A stretch of DNA of 64,000 nt from Cyanobacteria bacterium J06639_14 (GCA_039818605.1 JBCBTQ010000002.1:13047-77046); one strand, 5' to 3'; shown: positions 46,818 to 54,237, counted from the first letter of the stretch. Translations and numbers: made by a program. Notes: generated by a model not told the origin, from the letters alone.

Positions 46818-47534
46818 ATGAATTTACCAGATGCCTATGTCCTCCGGGCAAGAGTAGCACCCGTCGTTATTATCAGCCTGCCCTTTCTTATAAAGTTTGC
46901 CCATGCTTTGATAAGTAGTAATCAACTTCCAACTATAGTAGCTACCGGTATTATTGGACTTGCGATTATTACGCTGCTCGCTCAACTAGGACGAGATCGA
47001 GGCAAAAAGCTAGAGCCTATGCTTTTTCAAACATGGGGAGGGAAACCAACAACAGCTATATTGCGGCATCGCGACACACGCCTAGATACTGTCACAAAGT
47101 CGAGACTTCATGGCTGGCTAAATCAAAGAATAGATGGATTACATCTTCCTGATGCTTTAGTAGAGCTTGATGATCCTGTAGAAGCAGATAAACAATATGA
47201 TTCAGCTGTTTACTGGCTACGGAGTAAGACGGCAGATAATCAGAGATTCGCACGTTTGCATGAAGAGAATGTTAGCTATGGTTTTCGTCGTAATTTACTT
47301 GGCCTAAAACCATTAGGAATAATATTTTCCATTCTATTGATATTTGCTGATCTTGTCGTAAATCAGCCATTGACTGTGGATAAAACAATTGATTTTCTAT
47401 CTCAGCCATCTATTGCTGTTGCACTTTTTTTGGCAGTATTTCTTATATTCTTTGTGACCGAATCCTGGGTTAGGAATTCGGCTGAAGCTTATGCGTTTGC
47501 TTTGTTTAACACAGTTGAATCACTTTCCTCTTGA
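46818..47534 (+). CDS. Four-helix membrane protein, third gene of the MBL/E2-E1-JAB operon
   Basis: 238 aa. Two hydrophobic helices at the N-terminus and two at the C-terminus flank a ~110-aa charged loop. GGAAAG lies 8 nt upstream of the ATG, 14 nt after the previous stop. Confidence 0.6.
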   Translation: MNLPDAYVLRARVAPVVIISLPFLIKFAHALISSNQLPTIVATGIIGLAIITLLAQLGRDRGKKLEPMLFQTWGGKPTTAILRHRDTRLDTVTKSRLHGWLNQRIDGLHLPDALVELDDPVEADKQYDSAVYWLRSKTADNQRFARLHEENVSYGFRRNLLGLKPLGIIFSILLIFADLVVNQPLTVDKTIDFLSQPSIAVALFLAVFLIFFVTESWVRNSAEAYAFALFNTVESLSS

Positions 47535-47587
47535 GTCAGACAAGTTAATGGCTTATAAAGCTCGGTGTGAATTCTAAAGTGACTTTC

Positions 47588-48190
47588 CTAGTCCTCAGCC
47601 GCCAAAATCTGCTCCACCGTTAACGCCAACTCCGGAAACGTCAGACACGGCACTGCCTCCCCCTCCACATATTCCGCCTTCCGATAAACCCCATCCACCA
47701 GCGTCAGCACAATCACTTTCTTACCCTTTCCGCGCTGACAATACTTCGCTAGAATCTGCCCTCGGTAATCCACAATCCAGAACTCCGGCACCTGCAGTGC
47801 CTCATACTCCTCCTGCTTCTCCACCAGGTCCGTACTCCAGTTTCCAGAGGCAATCTCCACAATCATCCGAGGAACGCTGCGAATCCCCGGTTGCCGATCT
47901 TCCCGTCGCGTTGCAGGCCGGTCAATCACCGCCACATCAGGTCGTCGGCCCCTAGTGTTGTCAATCATCAACGCATTCCGCTTTCGCACCGAGTACCGCA
48001 GCTTCATGCGCCGATACTGCAGTTCAAACATAAATGAGAGGAACTCTAAAATCTCTTCATGCCAATCATCCGGCTCCGGGATGAGCACCAGCCTCCCATC
48101 GACCAGCTCAAATTCATTGAGTTCATTGCCATCCTCAACGTCAATGAACGCTGCAAAACTGAGGTCTCGCGTGACAGCCGGAATCATCAT
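47588..48190 (-). CDS. Uma2-family (DUF820) endonuclease-like protein
   Basis: Contains FELVDGRLVLIPEP...PDVAVIDR...PRMIVEIASG...EYEALQVPEFWIVD. Confidence 0.8.
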   Translation of the reverse strand: MMIPAVTRDLSFAAFIDVEDGNELNEFELVDGRLVLIPEPDDWHEEILEFLSFMFELQYRRMKLRYSVRKRNALMIDNTRGRRPDVAVIDRPATRREDRQPGIRSVPRMIVEIASGNWSTDLVEKQEEYEALQVPEFWIVDYRGQILAKYCQRGKGKKVIVLTLVDGVYRKAEYVEGEAVPCLTFPELALTVEQILAAED

Positions 48191-48346
48191 GGCATTTTCG
48201 ATCAGTCCATAGTGGCGTCAGCCTATCAGCCCATCTGAACACCTGGGCAAATAAAGGGATGACAACATGCCGTCATTCTAGTCCATGCGTTTTAGCCCAT
48301 AATTGCCGCAACTCATCAAGGGTTGTATTTTGGGTCGGCGCTTTCA

Positions 48347-48909
48347 GTAGACACAGTAGACAGCGGTAGACGCTCGGTAGACACCTGATCTACTGCCCAA
48401 ATCCTTTGCCTATAGGCTTTTCAAGCATTTCGGTAGACAAGTAGACAGGTTTTAACTCTGGAGAGTCTGTAAAAAGTGTCTACTTGTCTACCGTTTCCCT
48501 ACAACCCATAACCGTCAATACTTTCAGCGGTAGACACCCTGTCTACCGTTGCCGCAGATCTGTCTACCGCGTCTACCGTGGCTCGCCACTGCAACCGATT
48601 CCCCACCCCAGACGTCTCCCCATATCCCATTGCCTCCAACTCTCGAAAGTGAGATCGAATCACCTCCGCACTCGCCTTCCGCAAGCTGCGCTCATAATTG
48701 CGGACATCCTTTGCCCGCAGCCAACCCCGCACCCGCGACAGCTGAATCAGCTTCGTGTAAACCGCCTCTAGCGCTCCGTCTACCGAGTCGCCCTCTGCAT
48801 ACAGCAGCTTCACCTGACCCATAAACCATCGCGCCAGCTTGATCGCTGCCCCCATCGTCTGGGCCGAGATCCGCCCTGCCGGTAGACACCCGTCTACCGC
48901 TCCCTGCAA
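48347..48909. repeat. Iteron-like array of GGTAGACA / TGTCTACC 8-mers (candidate replication origin)
   Basis: At least 15 copies by eye. Direct copies start near 48347, 48356, 48365, 48376, 48432, 48441, 48529 and 48891. Inverted copies start near 48477, 48485, 48540, 48561, 48571, 48778 and 48902. The ~20-bp palindrome cggtagacacc(c/ct)gtctaccg occurs twice (48528-48548, 48890-48909). Confidence 0.8.
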
Positions 48910-50904
48910 ACAGTGCAGAATCAATGCTAGCCGCCCCGTGTAGCCCTGCATCTTTGAGTAAACCGCCTGCAAACCCTGATGCGTTTCCGTCACCCGCAGG
49001 TGATCCAACTGGTCATACCACTCTGCAAACAATGCCTTCGCCTCCGTCGTCAACCGATAACGCTGGGGTGGATAGTCCTCCAACTGCCGGTACAGACCAT
49101 AGAGCCGTTCTGAAAGGTCGTAGCGCACCGTCTGCTTGGGAAACGGGGCAGGCTTTAGGGGCAACAAACACCACAAAAACCGTGCCCACTGCCCATTCGC
49201 GTCAGAAAAATCGCCCATCATTTCCCGCAAAATGTCCGGCTGAATCGTGCCAGTAATGTTGAGGCTGGTGCGAGGAATGCTGATGCGCATCCCGCTAGCC
49301 CGATCCACCTTCAATCCTGAGCCATCAAAGGCTGTCAGCAGCGATTCTTTATCATTGCCCCGACCATTGCGGTACTGGTTCTGCCCCTTGAATAAGCCCG
49401 CCAACTCATCTGGCGTCACCAAAATGCCCCGCTCCGGCTGTTGAGATTGAATGCGAGCGATCGCTTCCCGTGTGGCATCGGAAGTGTGATACTCCCTAGG
49501 CAGCGGTTTCCGAGGCCGCATTCCCCTATCTTCTGCCTTCGCCTGTTCCCAATCCCGCAGGTTCACCTCATACTCCGCAACCGCATACTCATAGTCCTGA
49601 TCGGCTTCTGCCTGCAATTGTGTAAGCGGCCCCAATATCTGTCGCTGAAGGGGGCTCTTTTTACTGCCCGAGGGGGCCACCAATCCCGTAAACAGAATCG
49701 GCGGTACAGAAAACCCCATCCCCGCGTCAATTTCCAATTCCGTCCCTACCCGCAGCAGAGAAGCCGCCACGGGTAGCAGCGTTACCAACATGGCTGCAGG
49801 CGTTGCCCCGATCCAAGCTGCTATGTGCTCCAGCGGTTCTGCCAAATCATGATGCAGATACTCTCCTAACTGCAGCTGGTAATCACCAATCTTCAATAGC
49901 TGCCGGATTTGCGCAGTGCGATCGCCTCGTTCCTCATCCTGTTCCAACTCGGCCTGAATCGGCTTCACCAAACTCCAGATATCTTTAGCGGCTAGCCCCG
50001 ATTCTCGATGCCATTGCAAAACCTGTGCCGCCAAGTCCAGCTCCGAATGCTCTGCGGCCAGATAGCTGCGCAACTGTTCTTTCAAAGCAGGCAAATCCAA
50101 TGATTTGGCCATTACCGGGGAAGACGATCCAAGCTGTCGCCGTTCTCCCACCGCCGCTCGAATCTGCTCAGCCGTTGCGCCCTCCGCAATCCAATCCGCA
50201 ATATCGAAGCCGCCATGCTTGTGCAGGTTTTGCCAACGCAGGCTCTCAGGATAGGGATAGCACCACTGAGCGTTCGGAAAATCCTGGGCAATCTCCTCCA
50301 TGTGGGCAATGCCGACCTGATCGCGATCAGGGCACAGCACCAGGCGAGCCTCCTCCAAGTCTGGGGCATAGTTGCCATAGCTGCGATACTTCTTGGAACC
50401 ACCCAAGGTTGTCGTTGCCGGAATGCCAATATTCCACAACGCATCCGCGCAACCTTCCCCTTCCACCATCCAGATGGATTGGCCTGTGGCTGTCGCTCGC
50501 CTCACTTCCGCATAGCGATAAATCGGCACCTGCTTCCGAACCGCTGGCGTCAGCCCCTTCACCCACCGTTGCCCATCCCAGTGGTACTGAACAAAGAACT
50601 TGGTGCCGCTCCCGCGATCTACCCGCGTCACTTTCACTAGGGGCTGTCCCTGCCGAGTCGGATAGAAGAAGTCCTGCCGCTGCTGGGGACGAGCGGGCTT
50701 CTCTGACTGAACCGATGTCGAGAAATACTGGCCCCAGAGACCATCAGCGGTTGCCCCGCGATAGACGTAGCCCTCAACGCTGGCATCTTGGTCGATATGG
50801 GTGTGACAGAAGACCACCTCATCATTCCAGCGGCAATCTGGGTCCTTGGTGCGATCGCAAATCGGGCAGGGCCGATTTCGCCCCGAGTAAACGTACTGTG
50901 TCAT
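48499..50904 (-). CDS. Primase-helicase type replication protein (Zn-ribbon + Toprim-like + DUF3987-like P-loop)
   Basis: N-terminal CPICDRTKDPDCRW...FCHTH. Toprim-like EGEGCADAL...LCPDRDQVG. P-loop GLVAPSGSKKSPL. The C-terminal tail is encoded by the iteron copies (TVDAVDRSAATVDRVST). Confidence 0.75.
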   Translation of the reverse strand: MTQYVYSGRNRPCPICDRTKDPDCRWNDEVVFCHTHIDQDASVEGYVYRGATADGLWGQYFSTSVQSEKPARPQQRQDFFYPTRQGQPLVKVTRVDRGSGTKFFVQYHWDGQRWVKGLTPAVRKQVPIYRYAEVRRATATGQSIWMVEGEGCADALWNIGIPATTTLGGSKKYRSYGNYAPDLEEARLVLCPDRDQVGIAHMEEIAQDFPNAQWCYPYPESLRWQNLHKHGGFDIADWIAEGATAEQIRAAVGERRQLGSSSPVMAKSLDLPALKEQLRSYLAAEHSELDLAAQVLQWHRESGLAAKDIWSLVKPIQAELEQDEERGDRTAQIRQLLKIGDYQLQLGEYLHHDLAEPLEHIAAWIGATPAAMLVTLLPVAASLLRVGTELEIDAGMGFSVPPILFTGLVAPSGSKKSPLQRQILGPLTQLQAEADQDYEYAVAEYEVNLRDWEQAKAEDRGMRPRKPLPREYHTSDATREAIARIQSQQPERGILVTPDELAGLFKGQNQYRNGRGNDKESLLTAFDGSGLKVDRASGMRISIPRTSLNITGTIQPDILREMMGDFSDANGQWARFLWCLLPLKPAPFPKQTVRYDLSERLYGLYRQLEDYPPQRYRLTTEAKALFAEWYDQLDHLRVTETHQGLQAVYSKMQGYTGRLALILHCLQGAVDGCLPAGRISAQTMGAAIKLARWFMGQVKLLYAEGDSVDGALEAVYTKLIQLSRVRGWLRAKDVRNYERSLRKASAEVIRSHFRELEAMGYGETSGVGNRLQWRATVDAVDRSAATVDRVSTAESIDGYGL

Positions 50905-51121
50905 TATCAGCTCCTGATTCCAGAAGCTGGGTCATCAACATTAAGTCGCTGATTCTTAGTAAAGCCATGACCAAAGTCGCATCATGTCGTAGACATTTCC
51001 AGCAACTTTGCTATAGTTGAAAACACAAGTTTTACTAGCAGGGCGATCTCTGAAGCGGTTCTGTCAAACCCCTTCAAATTATTGATTAACCCAGCTTAAA
51101 AGACAAAAAACAAAAGTGATG

Positions 51122-51149
51122 CACCCTGACACTTCAATCGTTAGGGTGT
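51122..51149 (-). terminator. Hairpin with flanking A/T runs between xis-like gene and rep
   Basis: caccctgac-acttcaatc-gttagggtg. It is followed by TTTTTT on the plus strand and by ...CTTTTGTTTTTTG on the minus strand. A second hairpin, ctcttctga/tcagaagag, lies at 51159-51189. Confidence 0.4.
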
Positions 51150-51240
51150 ATTTTTTCACTCTTCTGATGCTGTCATCTCTTCAGAAGAGCCTTCAATTTA
51201 GTGATGCGTTTTCAGGAAAGAATTTGTTTTTTTGATATTC

Positions 51241-51513
51241 CTAACGTCGCTTTGAAGAGACTCGCGATGGCTTCCTTTGATTGCTCAGCAAACTGGCTTG
51301 GTATATTTCGATGGCTCGCTGATGAGCTGCTGGATCATGGCGATTATGCAGCCAATCTTGAATTAGTTCCAAGTTGTAGCGAGTGCAACGACTATTGACC
51401 CGCACCCAATGAATGCCCTCGACCAGCAGTCCCTGCAAGCGATATCGTTTCAGGGTCGAGTCGCTGAGCTTGAGACAATGAATGGCTTCCTGCTTGCTGA
51501 CGAATTGAACCAT
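51241..51513 (-). CDS. Excisionase/AlpA-like helix-turn-helix DNA-binding protein
   Basis: 90 aa. FVSKQEAIHCLKLSDSTLKRYRLQGLLVEGIHWVRV resembles MerR-type Xis/AlpA HTH proteins. Confidence 0.65.
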   Translation of the reverse strand: MVQFVSKQEAIHCLKLSDSTLKRYRLQGLLVEGIHWVRVNSRCTRYNLELIQDWLHNRHDPAAHQRAIEIYQASLLSNQRKPSRVSSKRR

Positions 51514-51730
51514 GATTCATCTTTCTCCGCCGATATCGTGTAGGCCAAATCTCGTGAGGAGATAGACCCAGTTTGCTGGCAATAACCTGCTCGATTCGGC
51601 GCGATCGCTGCCGCGTCAAGGCATGGGAAACTGCAGAGGGGCCGATGTTGAGTTCTTCGGCGATGCTGGCAAGAGTCCATCCCTGCTTCCGCAGAGCTGC
51701 TTTAATGTCTTCTACATGCATAGAATTCAA
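51392..51730 (-). CDS. Ner/Nlp-family HTH regulator (Cro-like side of the switch)
   Basis: MHVEDIKAALRKQGWTLASIAEELNIGPSAVSHALTRQRSRRIEQVIASKLGLSPHEIWPTRY closely follows the Mu Ner / Nlp pattern. The 3' ~120 nt overlaps the xis-like ORF, so the true C-terminus is uncertain. Confidence 0.7.
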   Translation of the reverse strand: MNSMHVEDIKAALRKQGWTLASIAEELNIGPSAVSHALTRQRSRRIEQVIASKLGLSPHEIWPTRYRRRKMNHGSIRQQAGSHSLSQAQRLDPETISLAGTAGRGHSLGAGQ

Positions 51731-51813
51731 GCTCCATCACGATATCGATGAGGCTAGCAATTTATATATTGCATGTCAAGAGTTATAATTTGCGAACTGG
51801 ATTACTTATCTCT

Positions 51814-52443
51814 ATGGAAGAACTCTCCGCAGACGCTGAACAGAACGATCAAGCTCAATTAGATAAGTTTTCAGACCGTCTCAAACAGGCCGTCGGGGAT
51901 AACAGCATTCGAGGGTTTGCTCGTGAGTGCGGGTTTTCTGATACGGTCCTACGCCAGTATCTCAACGGCCAAAGTGAACCAACTCGCCCAGCTCTGCTTG
52001 CTATAGCACGCACAGCAAATGTCAGTGTAGAGTGGTTGGCTGTGGGTCAAAGTGCTTCCAGAGGGGAAACGCTAACTGAAAGATATATTTATAAGGAACC
52101 ACTGGCATTTGAGACAAGTTGGCTGCAGACAGAATTTCCTAATTTCATAGACAACCTGCTCATAGCGCAAGTTCCCGACGACAGCATGGAACCCACACTT
52201 AAGGTCGGTGCTTGTATCCTGGTGAATACCCATGACCGTGATTGGAATACCATCACGCACGGCGTTTATCTGCTCAAATTAGATGACCAGATTTTAGTCA
52301 AGCGACTTCAATACATGCCTGAAAGAAGGCTCAAACTGATGAGTGACCATCCCGCTTATGAAGCCTTTTCTATCGCTTTAGCAGACAGGCCCAAGAGTCT
52401 GAGCCTGATGGGGAAAGTGGTCTGGTGTGGGCAGAAGTTATAG
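51814..52443 (+). CDS. CI/LexA-like repressor (XRE HTH + S24 peptidase)
   Basis: HTH FARECGFSDTVLRQYLNGQSEPTRPALLAIARTANVSVEWL. S24 catalytic Ser in VPDDSMEPTL and Lys in ILVKRLQ. Divergent from the Ner-like gene. Start at the ATG at 51814. Confidence 0.85.
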   Translation: MEELSADAEQNDQAQLDKFSDRLKQAVGDNSIRGFARECGFSDTVLRQYLNGQSEPTRPALLAIARTANVSVEWLAVGQSASRGETLTERYIYKEPLAFETSWLQTEFPNFIDNLLIAQVPDDSMEPTLKVGACILVNTHDRDWNTITHGVYLLKLDDQILVKRLQYMPERRLKLMSDHPAYEAFSIALADRPKSLSLMGKVVWCGQKL

Positions 52444-52468
52444 TGCGTAGCTCAAACGAAACCAAATT

Positions 52469-53590
52469 CTATGAAATCTCGGGCAATCGAGGGCGGCTAT
52501 TGACGCTGCCTGCATAATTTTCATAGAGCGTTTGGACATCATGTCCGGTCAACTGGGCAACTTCTACAGGATTCATTCCCTGAGCTAATGCGTGGGATAT
52601 TAGTGTGTGTCGAGTGTTATAAGGTTTGCGATAGTCGATATCCAATTTAGTTAAAACCTTTTTCCAAGCTCGGTTGCGGAAATTATGGTCATCAATAGCT
52701 CCCCCTTTTGGTGCGGGAAAAACTAAACTATCTACTGCTGGATTGTCCTGGCGTCTTATTGCCAGCATTGTCTGGAGACGAGACGTCAAAGTAATAGTCC
52801 TTGCTTTATTCGTTTTTGTGGCCCGATGTACCCCTCGACTAATAGATTCACCAATCCAGACCGTAGAGCAGTCATCAGATATATGTCTCCAGCGAAGCCC
52901 AATTGCTTCGCCCGTTCGACACCCCGTACCAAATAAAAACTCAACATAGTCGGCGTAGCGGTAGTAGTAGCGATCCGCTCTGAAGCCTTGAATAATAGCG
53001 TGGACTTCCTCTCTACTAAAGGGTTTAGGCATTTGCTTGGGGGGAACTTTAAGTCGCCCAGGCAATTCTATCCACGGATTCTTCTCCGTAAACTCTTGCG
53101 TAAGTGCCCAATTCCAACAAGCTCTTAGTTCTTCAATACGTCTCTTGCGCTGGCCAGAAGATAAATCTTGGGTGGATAACCAGTCAGCAAATTTCTCAGC
53201 TTTGCTAACGTCAACTTCGGATACCCAATCACTCTCAAAAAATCGGGTGATGTAGCCGAGGGTAGCTCTGTATTTCTCCATCGTCTTATCTGAGACACTT
53301 TTAGCTTTGTATTCACAAAACTTTCCAAATAGAGTGGCTACACCAATTTGGGCAATCTGTGTTGAAGTGCGAGGCTTATATTTCTTGAGAGTTGAGTCAA
53401 AATTCCCAGAAATCACGTCTAGCTGAATCTGACTAGCTTTTTGCTGAGCAACGGTACGATTCACCTTGGAATCAGGGAGTCCGATGGATAAAGTGTAGCG
53501 CTCGCCACCATGTCTCCATCTCAAACGCAAACGTTCCTGAAATACTTCTACTGAGACGGTTCCTTTAGCAGATCTGTTGGTAGTCGCCAT
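52469..53590 (-). CDS. int: Tyrosine recombinase / phage-type integrase
   Basis: 373 aa. SAM-like N-domain, catalytic-domain motifs (...TGCRTGEAIGLRW..., HTLISHALAQG, ...LYENY). Lies 150 nt from the tRNA-Thr 3' end. Confidence 0.9.
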   Translation of the reverse strand: MATTNRSAKGTVSVEVFQERLRLRWRHGGERYTLSIGLPDSKVNRTVAQQKASQIQLDVISGNFDSTLKKYKPRTSTQIAQIGVATLFGKFCEYKAKSVSDKTMEKYRATLGYITRFFESDWVSEVDVSKAEKFADWLSTQDLSSGQRKRRIEELRACWNWALTQEFTEKNPWIELPGRLKVPPKQMPKPFSREEVHAIIQGFRADRYYYRYADYVEFLFGTGCRTGEAIGLRWRHISDDCSTVWIGESISRGVHRATKTNKARTITLTSRLQTMLAIRRQDNPAVDSLVFPAPKGGAIDDHNFRNRAWKKVLTKLDIDYRKPYNTRHTLISHALAQGMNPVEVAQLTGHDVQTLYENYAGSVNSRPRLPEIS

Positions 53591-53739
53591 GAGTCGATCT
53601 CCATACCCATTTCATACCCAAATGCTAGCTAAAGTGCCTAAAAATGACCCAACTTTGGGTATTGAGATTCACCTAAACTACATGTCCAACAAAGGCTTGG
53701 AACGGATGAAACCTTTTTCAGGCAATGCTTTGAGCTTAA

Positions 53740-53811
53740 AGCCCATGATGAGAATTGAACTCATGACCTCACCCTTACCAAGGGTGTGCTCTACCACTGA
53801 GCCACATGGGC
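53740..53811 (-). tRNA. tRNA-Thr (anticodon GGT)
   Basis: The reverse complement folds as a cloverleaf: GCCCATG TG GCTC AGTGGTA GAGC A CACCC TTGGTAA GGGTG AGGTC ATGAG TTCAATT CTCAT CATGGGC T. Confidence 0.9.
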
Positions 53812-53817
53812 AAAACG

Positions 53818-53902
53818 TGGTGGGCCGAGCTGGATTCGAACCAGCGTAGGCATAGCCAGCGGATTTACAGTCCGCCCCCATTAACCACTCGGGCACCGAC
53901 CC
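53818..53902 (-). tRNA. tRNA-Tyr (anticodon GTA), long variable arm, encoded CCA
   Basis: Reverse complement is GGGTCGGTGCCCGAGTGGTTAATGGGGGCGGACTGTAAATCCGCTGGCTATGCCTACGCTGGTTCGAATCCAGCTCGGCCCACCA. The acceptor stem pairs, and the anticodon loop is CTGTAAA. Confidence 0.9.
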
Positions 53903-54237
53903 GCCCATCCACGGATATTGATGTTAGCACAAAATTGCTTCCAACTTAAGGACTTTATCCCCAAGACTTCGGCAATTTTTACGCTCGCCTGAACGATGTT
54001 CAATTCATTCAAGATTTGCGATTCATGGCAGTTACGCCCTGGATTAACAGAACGAGTCCACTGCCGAGAATCAACAGCGCGATCGCAGCTAAAGCGCCAT
54101 CTAACCAGATTGAATTTTCCATCCTAAACCACACCCGCTTTGAAAACTTGAGCTTTTAGCTTAACGAAAACTATAGATCTAAATGTAGTCAAGGGTTATA
54201 CCGCTAGAACGGGTCAAATTAGGCTGATACGTACGGC

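Larger units (their letters stand above)
18961..53739. mobile_element. Integrated conjugative / plasmid-like element at tRNA-Thr (left end not resolved)
   Basis: Carries an integrase next to the tRNA-Thr 3' end, Xis, a CI/Ner switch, Rep plus iterons, ParA/RHH, T4SS genes, a T4CP and a polyvalent MTase-helicase-Toprim protein. It is flanked by housekeeping genes on both sides. No att direct repeat was found by eye. Confidence 0.6.

Noticed and set aside
48347-48909. Possible CRISPR array because of many short repeats
   Set aside because: The repeats are only 8 bp, occur in both orientations, are irregularly spaced and are partly inside a coding region. No cas genes are present. They fit iterons next to a rep gene.
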